Shown here piece after piece: positions 28,152 through 38,125 of a DNA stretch of 64,000 bases. Source of the DNA: Trueperaceae bacterium (GTDB lineage Bacteria; Deinococcota; Deinococci; Deinococcales; Trueperaceae); contig JAXHNB010000006.1 of assembly GCA_034520945.1 (NCBI GenBank), positions 192,001 through 256,000 of the forward strand. The letters run 5' to 3'. Within the stretch, counting starts at the first letter, position 1. Each line of letters starts with the position of its first letter. The notes under the pieces were generated by a model. That model was not told where the DNA came from. It ran no database searches and worked only from the letters and a program-made list of their open reading frames with translations. A program made the translations under genes and the position numbers.

Positions 28152-29342
28152 TCAGCGGCAGCTCTGCAGCGGCGCGGTGGCCTGGTCGAGTGGCCACACC
28201 AGTTCGCGCACGCCGTCCTGGTACTGGAACACCAGCCACATGTCGGCATCGAAGCCCTGCCGGTCGGTGATCGCGCTGGGGCCGAACGACCATTCGCCCA
28301 TCGGCGAGTCGAAGGTCATCGAGGCCATCTGGTCGATGACCGCCTGATACTCCGTGGTGCCGGCGGCGTTGATGGCGTCGGCGAACGACCACAGCGACGC
28401 GTAGGCCAGCGCCGACATGTAGTTGTCCGGGTCGCTGCCGTGCAGGTCGCGGTACGCCTCGGTGAAGGCCGTCGCTTCGGGCGTCGGCAGGTTCGGCAGG
28501 AAGCCGATCAGGCCGGTGACGCATTCCGCTTCGGACGCGCCGGCGAACTCGGCCGGCCATCCGGGAGGGGCCCCGAAGATCTGCTCCGGGGTGTAGCCGA
28601 GCTCGCGCACCTGGCTGATGAGCGGCACCACGTCGCTGTCGTAGCCGATCCAGTACAGCATCTCGGCGTCGGTGGCGGCCGCCTTGTTGATGGCGGCGCG
28701 GTAGTCGCCGCTGCCGCCAAACAGGGTGGAGGTGAACGCTTCGCGGAGCGGCACCTCGAGTCCGGCCTCGTCGAGCAGACCCTGGGCGTTTTCGGAGCCG
28801 GGACCGCCGAACGCGCTGTCCTCGTACAGCAGGGCCACGCTGCTCACGCCGCTGTCGACGACGAAGTCGGTGGCGGCCTCGACGTTGTGGTAGTCCCAGG
28901 GGTGGACGTGGAAGAACCACGGTTCCTCGCCGAGCAGTTCCTCGATGCCGTCGAAGTCTTCGATGCCGACGCCGGACACGGCGCCGCCGATCCAACTCAC
29001 GATCGGCTGGAAGGTGCGGAGCGACTCGACCAGCGCCAGCGTGGCGCCGCTGCTGTACCCGCCCGCTATGAACGACACGCCGTCCTCGGTCATGAGTTTC
29101 TCGAAGGCGGCCAGCGCCACCTCGGCGTCGGCCTGCGTGTCCTCCAGCACGACCTCGAGCGGTTCGCCCAGGACGCCGCCGGCGGCGTTGATCTCTTCGA
29201 GCGCCAGTTCGAAGCCGGCGCGTTGCGCCTGGCCGGTGCCGGCGGCGCCGCCGGTGAGGGGGCTCAGCAGGCCGATGGTGACCGGCTGCGCCAGCGCGTA
29301 TGCGCTCAACGCGGCGAGGATGGGAACGAGGATGCGTTTCAT
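28152..29342 (-). CDS. ABC transporter substrate-binding protein (LivJ/LivK-like, class I)
   Basis: Signal peptide; IGLLSPLTG, LALEEINAAGGVLG, GGYSSG. GGAGG SD. Confidence 0.9.
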   Translation of the reverse strand: MKRILVPILAALSAYALAQPVTIGLLSPLTGGAAGTGQAQRAGFELALEEINAAGGVLGEPLEVVLEDTQADAEVALAAFEKLMTEDGVSFIAGGYSSGATLALVESLRTFQPIVSWIGGAVSGVGIEDFDGIEELLGEEPWFFHVHPWDYHNVEAATDFVVDSGVSSVALLYEDSAFGGPGSENAQGLLDEAGLEVPLREAFTSTLFGGSGDYRAAINKAAATDAEMLYWIGYDSDVVPLISQVRELGYTPEQIFGAPPGWPAEFAGASEAECVTGLIGFLPNLPTPEATAFTEAYRDLHGSDPDNYMSALAYASLWSFADAINAAGTTEYQAVIDQMASMTFDSPMGEWSFGPSAITDRQGFDADMWLVFQYQDGVRELVWPLDQATAPLQSCR

Positions 29343-29442
29343 GGGAACCTCCTTGGGCCGTTGGGCCCGTTCGGGGGGCGTGGGACCGACATTGCGGTCC
29401 GGGGGCGGGGGAGCGTCCGGCGGGCGGCCGGGCGAGATGAAG

Positions 29443-30267
29443 TCAAGGCATGGCCGCCTCCGCGAACTCGGCGAGCAGCGCCGTGAACCGTGTCGGGGCC
29501 TCCACGGGCGGAGCGTGCCCCACGTCCGTCCAGGTGACGAGCTCGGCGCCGGGCCAATGCCTGGCGGTCGCCTGGGCCATCTCGTCGGTGATGAGCACGT
29601 CCTGGCCGCCCCGCAGCACGAGCACGGGCGCGTCGAAGTCGTCCGGGACGGGCGGCAGCACGCTTCGTCCCAGGGCCCGGGCGTTGCCGTCGAACGCCGC
29701 GGGCGCCATGGCGAGGGCGTCGTCGAGGAGGGCGGGCCAGGTGGGCGGCGTCCGGGTGGGGCACAGGGGGCCCAGGGCCGCCTCCAGCGCGTCGCGTCGG
29801 CCCTGCAGGCCAGCGAGGAGCTCGTAGTGCGCCTCCGGTCTGGGAAGGCCCTGGGGCGGGGCGCCGTCCACCAGCATCAGGCCGGCCACGCGGCTGGGGC
29901 GGGCCACACAGGCGCGTTCGGCCACGGCGGCGCCGAGGCTGTGCCCGACCAGCACGGCGCGGGGCACCTCCAGAGCGTCCAGGAGGGCCACGAGGGCGTC
30001 CGCGTACGCCTCCAGGCGGATCTCGCCGGCCGGCAGCGGCGGCGAGGCGCCGAAGTTGGGGAGGTCGGGCGCCAGCAGGCGCAGGCCCGGCGGCGGCGCC
30101 GCGAGTTGTTCATAGAACCAGCGGCGGCTGGCGAAGTTGCCGTGGATCAGGACCACGGGCGAGCCCGTGCCGGCCTCCGCGACGCGCATCGTCAGCTCGC
30201 CGGCGCGCACGTCGTGTTCGCGCACCCCGGGGGGCGGCGCGCCGGGATCGGTCACGCCATCGCTCAT
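29443..30267 (-). CDS. Alpha/beta-fold hydrolase
   Basis: VLIHGN, DLPNFG, GHSLG nucleophile, G.QD acid, GH..P His. ATG 30267 overlaps the ligase stop. Confidence 0.9.
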   Translation of the reverse strand: MSDGVTDPGAPPPGVREHDVRAGELTMRVAEAGTGSPVVLIHGNFASRRWFYEQLAAPPPGLRLLAPDLPNFGASPPLPAGEIRLEAYADALVALLDALEVPRAVLVGHSLGAAVAERACVARPSRVAGLMLVDGAPPQGLPRPEAHYELLAGLQGRRDALEAALGPLCPTRTPPTWPALLDDALAMAPAAFDGNARALGRSVLPPVPDDFDAPVLVLRGGQDVLITDEMAQATARHWPGAELVTWTDVGHAPPVEAPTRFTALLAEFAEAAMP

Positions 30268-31754
30268 TCGGGCGCCTCCTCGAGCAGGCCGGCCAGCCGG
30301 GCCTTGACGATCTTGCCGGCCCCGGACTTGGGCAGGGCGTCTACGATTCGCACGTGCTTGGGCACCTTGTAGCGCGCGATGCGTTCTTGGAGCCAGGCGC
30401 GCAAGGTCTCGGCGTCGAGCTCGGCCACGCCCGCGTCCGGCACCACCGCGGCCAGCCCCACCTCGCCCCAGCGGTCGTCCGGCACGCCGACGACGGCGCA
30501 TTCGGACACGCCCGGGTGGCGCGCCAGGGCGCGTTCGATCTCGGCGGGGTAGACGTTCTCGCCGCCCGAGATGAACATCTCCTTGCGGCGGCCCACGATC
30601 CGGTAGCGCCCCGCCGCGTCGCGGGTGGCCAGGTCGCCGGTCCACAGCCAGCCGTCGCGGAGGACCTCGGCGGTGGCGTCGGGGCGTTCGAAGTAGCCCG
30701 AGAACAGGTGCGGGCCGGCCAGCGTCAACTCGCCGACCTCGTCGTCTTCGCACGGGGTGCCGTCGGCGCGGCGCACCGCGGCCGCGCCGCGGAGCACGGG
30801 CACGCCGACGGCGTCGGGATGGGCGTCGGCGTCGTCCAGGTCGATCGCGAAGCAGTTGACGCCCGCTTCGCTCAGGCCGTACCCCTGCTTGAATCGCACG
30901 CCGCGGGCGGCGAAGGCGGCTCGGACCGGCTCGGGACAGGGGGCCCCGCCGCTGATGGCCCAGCGGATCCGCCCGAAGTCGGTCTCGGCGAAGCCGGGGT
31001 CGTCGATGACGGCCCTGTACATGGTGGGGACGAGGAACATCAGGGTGGCGTCCGCGTCGCGGATCCGCGCCAGGTAGGCCGAGGGGTCGAACCGCTCCAG
31101 CAGCGCCACGCGCCCCCCGAGGTGCAGCAGCGGCAGGGTAAGGGCGTTGACGGCGGCGTGGAAGCAGGGGGTGGCCTGCACGCAGCAATCACTGTCCCGG
31201 AGCCCCCAGGAGAGGACGGTGTTCTCGGCGTTGGCGAGGCCCTGACGGTACGGCTGCACCGCGCCCTTGGGAAGCCCGGTGGTGCCGCCGGTCAGCAGGA
31301 TCATCTGGGGATCCTCGGGGCCGAGGTCGGGCCGGGGGGCGGGCGGGGGGTCGCCCAACCAGGCGTCGTAGCTGGCGAGCGGAACGCGCCGCAGCCCGGT
31401 CGCCGCGGCGCCCGCGGCGTGCGCGTCGTCGTGCAGCAGCAGGCTGGGGCGCAGGTCGTCGGCCAGCGCGCGTTGCTCGGCGTCTGCCAGCCGGGTGTTG
31501 AACGGCGCGTACACGAAGCCCGCCTTGGGGGTGGCGAGGATCAGGTCGAGGTGCGCCAGGTGGTTGTGGGCCAGGATCGAGACGCGGTCGCCCTTCCGCA
31601 CCCCTTCGGCGTGCAGGCGGCCCGCCAGGCGTTCGGCGCGCGCGTCGAGGGTGGCGTAGTCGATCCAGGCGCCGCGCCAGTGCACGGCGGGTCGGTGCGG
31701 GGTCAGCTCGGCGCGGCGGGCGGCCAGGTCGAGGAAGGGGCCGGTCGCGTTCAT
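30264..31754 (-). CDS. Acyl-CoA synthetase / AMP-binding enzyme
   Basis: TGGTTGLPKG, QGYGLSE, TGD, GRRKEMFISGGENVYPAEIE, LPKSGAGK. Confidence 0.93.
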   Translation of the reverse strand: MNATGPFLDLAARRAELTPHRPAVHWRGAWIDYATLDARAERLAGRLHAEGVRKGDRVSILAHNHLAHLDLILATPKAGFVYAPFNTRLADAEQRALADDLRPSLLLHDDAHAAGAAATGLRRVPLASYDAWLGDPPPAPRPDLGPEDPQMILLTGGTTGLPKGAVQPYRQGLANAENTVLSWGLRDSDCCVQATPCFHAAVNALTLPLLHLGGRVALLERFDPSAYLARIRDADATLMFLVPTMYRAVIDDPGFAETDFGRIRWAISGGAPCPEPVRAAFAARGVRFKQGYGLSEAGVNCFAIDLDDADAHPDAVGVPVLRGAAAVRRADGTPCEDDEVGELTLAGPHLFSGYFERPDATAEVLRDGWLWTGDLATRDAAGRYRIVGRRKEMFISGGENVYPAEIERALARHPGVSECAVVGVPDDRWGEVGLAAVVPDAGVAELDAETLRAWLQERIARYKVPKHVRIVDALPKSGAGKIVKARLAGLLEEAPE

Positions 31755-32785
31755 CGGCGACCTCCGGGGGCGGGGTCGCTCCAGCGCAGCGCCAGGGCGT
31801 TCCAGACGTACCCCACGCCGGCCGCGACCAGCACGGCCAGGTCGCCGTCCTGCAGGCGGCCCGCGGCGCGGGCCCGTTCCAGGCTGAGGATCTGGTCCAC
31901 CTGGCCCAGGTGCCCGACGTCGCCGAGGTAGAGCGAGCGGTCCTCGCCCAGGCCCAGCTCGTTCAGGAGCCAGGCGTGGGCGCTGGGCTTGACGTGCAGC
32001 ATGGCGAGGTGCCGGATGTCGGCCGGTTCGGCGCCGGCGTCGGCGGCGGCGGCGGTGATCACGTCACGGAAGGTGGCCAGGCTGCGCTCCTCCAGCCGCG
32101 CCTTCATGCCGCCAGGGTCGGGCACCTCCAGGCGGAAGCGGTGCGCGTTGTCGGCCGTGACGGGCTCCACCGTGCCGCCCACCGGCACCCGCACGTCCAG
32201 CGAGAAACTGCCGTCGGTCACGATATGGCTGCGCAGGATGGCGTGACCGGCCCCGCGGCGCACGACCATGGCGCCGCCGCCCGCGCCGAGGGCGTACATG
32301 AACCGCACGTTGGGATCGCGGTAGTCGATCAGGTCGCCGTTGCGGTAGCCGCCGGCCACCAGGACGACGCTCACGCGATCGTCGGCCGTGATCAGGTCGC
32401 GGGCGAGCTTGAGCGCCAGCACCGAGGTGCCGCACTTCTGGCCCACGTCGAACGCCCAGGCGCGGCTGGCGCCAAGGTCGTACGCCATCTTGATGCCGGC
32501 GGTCCACACCGGGTACTCCTTGTACTCCTCGGTGATGCTGACCACCACGTCGACGTCGGCCGCGTCGACCCCGGCATCCTCCAAGGCGCGCTGGGCCGCC
32601 CAGGTCCCCATGGCGGCGGGATGATCATGGGGACCGGGATCGGTCTTGCTGGCGACGCCGAGCTTGTCGCGCACCACCCAGGCGGGCAGGCCGCTGGCCT
32701 CGGCGATCTGCTCGGCGCTGAGGCGGCCTTCGGGCAGGTAGGTGCCGAGGCCGGCCACGCCGACGTGAGGGGTGGCCGCACTCAC
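31751..32785 (-). CDS. 3-oxoacyl-ACP synthase III (FabH)-like condensing enzyme
   Basis: GLGTYLP, AFDVGQKCG (catalytic Cys), MLHVK (His), VGHLG (His at the FabH Asn position), AAGVGYVW. GTG 32785. Confidence 0.85.
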   Translation of the reverse strand: MSAATPHVGVAGLGTYLPEGRLSAEQIAEASGLPAWVVRDKLGVASKTDPGPHDHPAAMGTWAAQRALEDAGVDAADVDVVVSITEEYKEYPVWTAGIKMAYDLGASRAWAFDVGQKCGTSVLALKLARDLITADDRVSVVLVAGGYRNGDLIDYRDPNVRFMYALGAGGGAMVVRRGAGHAILRSHIVTDGSFSLDVRVPVGGTVEPVTADNAHRFRLEVPDPGGMKARLEERSLATFRDVITAAAADAGAEPADIRHLAMLHVKPSAHAWLLNELGLGEDRSLYLGDVGHLGQVDQILSLERARAAGRLQDGDLAVLVAAGVGYVWNALALRWSDPAPGGRR

Positions 32786-33414
32786 GCGGTCCCCCCGCTC
32801 TGCGCTGCCTCGTCCGCGGCCGACGCCTCCGGCGCCAAGGCACGATGCACGAACGCCAGGGCGCCCTCCCATTGGGCCGGGTCGGGGCGGCCGCCGGCCC
32901 AGATCGCCCGCAGCCCGAGGAAGTGCGCCACGCCCATCAGGGCCCATGCCTGCGCTTCGGGATCGCCGGCATGGATCTCGCCGCGGTCGCGGGCCGCTGC
33001 CAGGCCGTCGGCGTACCGGCGGGCGAGGCCCTCGTAGTACTCGCGGTAGATCGCCTCGTCCACGAACTGCGACTCCATCACCACGCGGTAGAGGTTCTCG
33101 TGCTCGCAGGCGAAGCGGACGAACGCCTGGAAGCCGAGCCGTTCTGCGTCCAAGCGGTCCTGGGCCCCCTCGGCGGCGGCCGCCAGCGTGCGGCGGAGCA
33201 TCCGGCCCATGTGCCGAACCAGCTCCCGCATGGTGTCTTCCTTGCCGGGGAAGTACAGGTAGAAGGTGCCTTGCGCCACGCCGGCGCGGCGGGTGATCGA
33301 CGCCACCGAGGCGGCGTGGTAGCCCTTCTCGCCGAACTCGTGCTCGGCGGCGTCCAGCAATTTCGCGCGGGTGGCTTCTCCCCGCGCGGTGGCGGGTCGG
33401 CCGGGATGCGGCAC
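32782..33414 (-). CDS. TetR/AcrR family transcriptional regulator
   Basis: TRAKLLDAAEHEFGEKGYHAASVASITRRAGVAQGTFYLYF. Confidence 0.93.
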   Translation of the reverse strand: MPHPGRPATARGEATRAKLLDAAEHEFGEKGYHAASVASITRRAGVAQGTFYLYFPGKEDTMRELVRHMGRMLRRTLAAAAEGAQDRLDAERLGFQAFVRFACEHENLYRVVMESQFVDEAIYREYYEGLARRYADGLAAARDRGEIHAGDPEAQAWALMGVAHFLGLRAIWAGGRPDPAQWEGALAFVHRALAPEASAADEAAQSGGTA

Positions 33415-33456
33415 GGTGTCCTCCAGGGACCGACGGAGTGCCGAAGGTCGGGAACA

Positions 33457-33477
33457 TGACGACTGATTCAGGTGTCA
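33457..33477. promoter_or_regulatory. Imperfect palindrome, putative TetR operator at the transcription start of the tetR operon
   Basis: TGACgaCTGA-T-TCAGgtGTCA (8/10 symmetric), 2 nt downstream of the -10 box. Confidence 0.7.
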
Positions 33478-33479
33478 GA

Positions 33480-33508
33480 AGAATACGGGAGCCGGGCCGC
33501 GGCGTCAA
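33480..33508 (-). promoter_or_regulatory. Sigma70-type promoter for the tetR-fabH-like-acs-hydrolase-ABC operon
   Basis: Minus strand TTGACG (33508-33503), 17 nt spacer, TATTCT (33485-33480). Confidence 0.75.
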
Positions 33509-33863
33509 GTGTGCTCGTTCCGCGGCGCAGCTCGGCCGGACGTCTCGGCACGGTGGGATGGGGACGTGTGCAGCGCCCCCTCGGGAACGGCGCGGTGTTC
33601 GCGGTGAATGCGCCGGGTCCGGCGCACCCCCTCGCCTACCTCGGCGGCCTCGAGGATCGATCCGCGCCGTCCCTCACAGGATCTCTCGGGAACTATGCGT
33701 GCATGCTTTAGCGTATGCACAGGCGCGCAGGTGCAAGGGGACGCGACGAAGGCGATGCCCGCGCCGGTCCCCCTCCACCTTCGTCATGGCGTCGTGGGGA
33801 GCGGCCGTGAAATAGTGGGTCCATGATCAGACTCGCTTGTCCTCAGTCCGGCGCGGGCGCCTC

Positions 33864-35318
33864 GTGACCGCGCTGCCGATGATCTTCCAGGGGGGGATGG
33901 GCGTCGCCGTCTCCGATTGGCGCTTGGCCCGTGCCGTGTCGACCGAGGGGCAGCTCGGGGTGGTGTCGGGCACCGGCATCGACTCGGTGCTGGTGCGCCG
34001 CCTGCAGGACGGCGACCTCGGGGGGCACATGCGTCGCGCCCTGGCCAGCTTCCCCTTCGCAGACGTGGCGTCCCGCGCCTTGGAGACGTACTTCCGCCCC
34101 GAAGGGCGCGCGCCGGGCCAGCCGTACGCGCGCCTGCCGCTGCCCACGGTCAAGGGCAGCACCTTCGCACGCGGGATGACCATGCTCGCCGCGTTCAGCG
34201 AAGTGTTCCTGGCGAAGGAGGGGCACGACCAGCCGGTCGGCCTGAACCTCCTCACCAAGGTGCAGCTGCCGAACCTGGCGACGTTGTACGGCGCGATGCT
34301 GGCCGGTGTCGACGCGGTGCTGATGGGGGCGGGCATTCCGCGCGAGGAGCCCGGCGCCCTGGACCGCTTGGCGGCGCAGCGGCCCGCCTCGCTGAACGTG
34401 GACGTGGCGGGCTCCGCCGGGTCCGGGCCTGCCCCCACCGTGGCGTTCGACCCGGCCGAGTTCGGCGGGGACGCCATCGGTCCCCTCCGGCGGCCGGCGT
34501 TTCTGCCGATCATCTCCTCGCACGCGTTGGCGAAGATGCTGCTGAAGCGCGCGACCGGCGCCATCCAGGGCTTCGTGGTCGAGGGACCGACCGCCGGTGG
34601 TCACAACGCCCCGCCTCGCGGGAAGGCCGCCCTGGACGAGACCGGCCAGCCGGTGTACGGCGAGCGGGACGTGCCCGACCTGGCGGCGCTGCGGGCGATG
34701 GGGCTCCCGTTCTGGTTGGCGGGCGGGACGGGCTCGCCCGAGGGTCTGCGCCGGGCGCTCGACGACGGCGCGACCGGCATCCAGGTGGGCACGCTGTTCG
34801 CGTACAGCGACGAGTCGGGGCTGGAGGCGGATCTCAAGCGACGCGTGATCGCACGTGCGCTGGCCGGCCAGCTGGAGGTGCGGACCGACCCGCGTGCCTC
34901 GCCGACCGGGTTCCCGTTCAAGGCCGTGTCGTTGCCCGGCACCAACGCCGAGGTCGAGCCGTACCGGAGGCGCACGCGCGTGTGCGACCTGGGCTACCTG
35001 CGCGAGCCGTACCGGACGCCCGCGGGGACGATTCAGTATCGCTGCGCCGCGGAACCGGTCGACGCCTACGTGGCGAAGGGCGGCCGGGTCGAGGACACCG
35101 TGGGACGCAAGTGCTTGTGCAACGCGCTGATGGCGGACGTCGGCCTGCCGCAGGTCCAGCGCGATGGGCAGACCGAGCGGCCGCTGGTCACCAGCGGGGA
35201 CGCGCTCGCGTCGTTGCCCCGTTTCCTGCGCCAGGGGGCGGCGGAGTACACGGCGGGCGACGTTGTGCGGTTCCTGCTGGGACGCTCCGACGCCCGGGTG
35301 GGCGCGTCGCCGGCCTGA
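33864..35318 (+). CDS. Nitronate monooxygenase / FabK-FabX family flavoprotein with C-terminal Cys cluster
   Basis: PMIFQGGMGV, LMGAGIP, VEGPTAGGH, WLAGG, GIQVGT, SPTGFP; Cys in RVCDLG, YRCAAE, KCLCNAL. Start uncertain (33837, 33864 or 33879). Confidence 0.85.
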   Translation: MTALPMIFQGGMGVAVSDWRLARAVSTEGQLGVVSGTGIDSVLVRRLQDGDLGGHMRRALASFPFADVASRALETYFRPEGRAPGQPYARLPLPTVKGSTFARGMTMLAAFSEVFLAKEGHDQPVGLNLLTKVQLPNLATLYGAMLAGVDAVLMGAGIPREEPGALDRLAAQRPASLNVDVAGSAGSGPAPTVAFDPAEFGGDAIGPLRRPAFLPIISSHALAKMLLKRATGAIQGFVVEGPTAGGHNAPPRGKAALDETGQPVYGERDVPDLAALRAMGLPFWLAGGTGSPEGLRRALDDGATGIQVGTLFAYSDESGLEADLKRRVIARALAGQLEVRTDPRASPTGFPFKAVSLPGTNAEVEPYRRRTRVCDLGYLREPYRTPAGTIQYRCAAEPVDAYVAKGGRVEDTVGRKCLCNALMADVGLPQVQRDGQTERPLVTSGDALASLPRFLRQGAAEYTAGDVVRFLLGRSDARVGASPA

Positions 35319-35388
35319 ACGTGCTGGGGCGCCGGTCCGAGGTGCACGTCCGCCTTGGACGTCGGGGGCCGCGCGGTAGGCTGACGTC

Positions 35389-36096
35389 ATGCCGCTGACC
35401 GACGTCGAGGCGCGGGTGCTGGGGTCGCTGGTCGAGAAGGAGAAGACCACGCCCGACGCCTACCCGCTCAGCAGCGCCGGGTTGCTGGCCGCCTGCAACC
35501 AGAAGAGCAACCGCGAGCCGGTGATGGACCTGCATCTGCGAGAGGTCGAGGAGGCCGTGCTGCGGTTGCGGGAACGCGGGCTGGCGGCCACCGTGCACGG
35601 CGCGGGCGACCGCGTGCCCAAGCATCGCCACCGCCTCGGCGACCAGCTCAGGGTGAGCCACGGCGAGGTGTCGCTGTTGGCGGTGCTGCTGCTCCGCGGG
35701 CCCCAGACGGTCGCGGAGCTCCGCGCGCGCACGGAACGCTACGGCGTGCGCGGGGACGCGTCCGTGGTGGAGGAGGCGCTGGCCGGGTTGGCGGCACGCA
35801 CGGCGCCGCTGGTGGCCAACGTCGGCCGTGGGCCCGGGCAGAGCCAGGACCGCTGGGACGAACTGCTCACCGGGTCGGAGGATCGGCTCCGGCCGCGCGC
35901 CCGTAAGCCACGGGACGACCAGGCGCCGGCGGGTGCCCCGGCGGCGGGCGATGCGGACCCGGAGGACGCGACGCAGGACGCCGCGGCCCCGGAGGCGGGC
36001 CCGGCGCGCGGCCAGCTGGAGGCGCGCCTGGCGCGTCTGGAGGCGCGGGTGGCCGCGCTGGAGGGGCGCGTCGGGGTGGCCGCGCAGGACGACTGA
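35389..36096 (+). CDS. YceH / DUF480 family protein
   Basis: LTDVEARVLGSLVEKEKTTPDAYPLS...ACNQKSNREPVM, LLLRGPQTVAELRAR, C-terminal coiled coil. TAGGCT 6 nt before ATG. Confidence 0.9.
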   Translation: MPLTDVEARVLGSLVEKEKTTPDAYPLSSAGLLAACNQKSNREPVMDLHLREVEEAVLRLRERGLAATVHGAGDRVPKHRHRLGDQLRVSHGEVSLLAVLLLRGPQTVAELRARTERYGVRGDASVVEEALAGLAARTAPLVANVGRGPGQSQDRWDELLTGSEDRLRPRARKPRDDQAPAGAPAAGDADPEDATQDAAAPEAGPARGQLEARLARLEARVAALEGRVGVAAQDD

Positions 36097-36134
36097 CGCC
36101 CGCTCGGACGGCGGGGCGTTCGGGCCCGGCGGCG

Positions 36135-36791
36135 TCAGGCGGGGTGCAACCGGCCCGCAGCCAGGCGCCAGGCGCGGAGGCCCAGCGTCCGTTCCAGGTG
36201 CCGTTCGTGGCCCACGACCACCATCGCTTGCGGCAGGTCCGCCAGGATCCCGACCAGGCGCCGTTCATTCTCCTCGTCCAACCCCAGCAGCGGCTCGTCC
36301 AGCAGCAGCACCTCCGGGCGCATCGCCAGTACCGTCGCCAGCGCGACCAGGCGCGCTTCGCCGCCGGACAGGCGGTGCGTGGCGCGCGACGCCAACGCCT
36401 GCAGGCCCAGGGCGGCCAGCGTCTCGTCGCAGCGCGCGTCGGCGTCGGCCGGGCCGAGCCCTTGGTTGCGGGGGCCGAACGCGACGTCCTCGCGGACGGT
36501 CGGGCAGAACAGTTGGTCCTCGGGGGTCTGGAACAGGAGGCCGGTGCGGAGGCGAACCTCGTGAAAGTCGCGCGGCCGTAGCCGCTCGCGGCCGTACGCC
36601 CACACGCGCCCGGCCGAAAGCCGTTGCAGGCCCATCATGGTTCGCAACAGCGTGCTCTTGCCGGCCCCGTTGACGCCGCCGATCGCCAGCCGGTCGCCGG
36701 CGGCCACGTCCAGGTCGACCCCGTCCAGCACCGTGCGGCCGTCGCCGTACGCCACGCGCACGCCCTGAAGGCGCAGCAGCGGCGCGCTCAC
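36135..36791 (-). CDS. cbiO: ECF transporter ATPase (CbiO/NikO)
   Basis: GVNGAGKST, FQTPEDQLF.PTV.EDVAFGP.N, LSGGE, LLLDEP. GTG 36791. Confidence 0.88.
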   Translation of the reverse strand: MSAPLLRLQGVRVAYGDGRTVLDGVDLDVAAGDRLAIGGVNGAGKSTLLRTMMGLQRLSAGRVWAYGRERLRPRDFHEVRLRTGLLFQTPEDQLFCPTVREDVAFGPRNQGLGPADADARCDETLAALGLQALASRATHRLSGGEARLVALATVLAMRPEVLLLDEPLLGLDEENERRLVGILADLPQAMVVVGHERHLERTLGLRAWRLAAGRLHPA

Positions 36792-37549
36792 GGCGCCCCG
36801 CCCGCCACGAACGCCAGCAGCAGGACCGCGGCCACCGTCAGCAGGACCCTGTCGCGCCCCGGCAAGGGGGCAGCGGCCACCGGGAGGAAGCGGCCGTCGA
36901 ACCCGCGGCAGCGCATGGCGTCCAGGACCCGTTCGGCGCGCTCGAAGGCGCGCACCACCAGCGCCCCGATTAGGTAGCCCAGGGTGCGGTACCCGTGCGC
37001 GGTGCTGCGCGGCCGGAAGCCGCGGGCGCGCACGCTTCGGTGCAGCCGTTCCACCTCGCGTTCGAGGACGGAGAGGTAGCGCGCCGCGAACGCCACCGTC
37101 TGTACCAGGCCGCCCGGCACGCGCAGCTGCGCCAGGGTGCGCGCCAGGACGGACACGTCCAGCGTGCCCAGGAGGCCCAGTACCGCCAGCGAGATCGCGT
37201 TGGCGCGCAACGCCACGCTCGCGGCCCGGGCCAGGCCGGCCTCGCTGAGCGTCAGCGGCCCCAGCGTCGCCACGGGTTCGCCCGGCACCGTGAAGGGCAG
37301 GGTGCAGACCACCAGCAGCACCAGCCCTTCGACCGCGGCCAGCCTCCGTCGCAGCGCGCCGGGGGGGTGCCGCGACAGCCCCAACGATGCGAGCGCCGCC
37401 GCCAGCGCCAGCGCAAGGCGGAGCAGGTCCGGCTGCGCCGCGACGGCGACCGCGAACCCGATGGCCAGCAGCACGCGGGTGCGCGGGTCCAGGCCGTCGA
37501 TCGGCCCCCGGCCCGCCCGCTCCGATGCGCGTACCGTGACGACGGCCAT
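36788..37549 (-). CDS. cbiQ: ECF transporter T component (CbiQ/NikQ)
   Basis: LDPRTR, RARGF and MRCRGFDG X-R-X motifs, TM helices. Confidence 0.88.
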   Translation of the reverse strand: MAVVTVRASERAGRGPIDGLDPRTRVLLAIGFAVAVAAQPDLLRLALALAAALASLGLSRHPPGALRRRLAAVEGLVLLVVCTLPFTVPGEPVATLGPLTLSEAGLARAASVALRANAISLAVLGLLGTLDVSVLARTLAQLRVPGGLVQTVAFAARYLSVLEREVERLHRSVRARGFRPRSTAHGYRTLGYLIGALVVRAFERAERVLDAMRCRGFDGRFLPVAAAPLPGRDRVLLTVAAVLLLAFVAGGAP

Positions 37550-37552
37550 CCC

Positions 37553-38125
37553 TCAGCCGCGTTTCCGGCGCCACGCCAGTGCGATCAGCCCGGTGAGACC
37601 GAGCAGGTAGCCCACGCCCCCGACGATGTCCTGCAGGCCGCGGCGCGCCTCGGCCACGGCCAGCTCCTCCCGCAAGCGGTCGACGTGGCGCGCCACCGCG
37701 GCGTCCACGAGCGCCTCGAGCGCCGCCGCGTCGACCTGCGGCGCGGGCGCCCCGCCGGGCGGTTCCGCCGCCTGGGGGGCGGCCTCGGCGGCGTCCGGAC
37801 CGTCGTTTCTTGCCCCCGCCACCGCCCACACGGCGCGGTGGCCGTCGGCGGTCGTCACCTCGACCCGGGCGGCGGCCTCCTCGTCGTCCAGCGCCGCGCG
37901 CACGACTCGGAAGCGGCCCTCGTCGTCGGTGGTGGTCTCGTCCGCGACCTCGTCGTTCACGATCAGGCGCGCGGCCGCACCGCGGGCCGGCGCGCCCCCC
38001 GTGAAGTACGCCCGGCCCTGCAGGGCGTTCGCCTCGATCGTCACGAACACGTTCAGGCCGTGCGCGCCGGCCGTTCCGGCCAGGGCCAGCAGCAGTGCCA
38101 CGAGGGCCGCAGGCAGGCTACGCAT
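37553..38125 (-). CDS. CbiL/NikL-like accessory component of the Co/Ni ECF transporter
   Basis: Signal peptide ending AH, GRAYFTGG, TTDDEGRF, DGH, C-terminal LQDIVGGVGYLLGL helix; position between cbiM and cbiQ. Confidence 0.75.
   Translation of the reverse strand: MRSLPAALVALLLALAGTAGAHGLNVFVTIEANALQGRAYFTGGAPARGAAARLIVNDEVADETTTDDEGRFRVVRAALDDEEAAARVEVTTADGHRAVWAVAGARNDGPDAAEAAPQAAEPPGGAPAPQVDAAALEALVDAAVARHVDRLREELAVAEARRGLQDIVGGVGYLLGLTGLIALAWRRKRG

Noticed and set aside
33505..33826. Small ORFs and a GTGCAT-N10-ATGCAC palindrome (33699-33720) in the tetR/flavoprotein gap
   Set aside because: ORFs lack motifs or convincing starts and overlap the promoter region; the palindrome alone cannot be assigned to a regulator.
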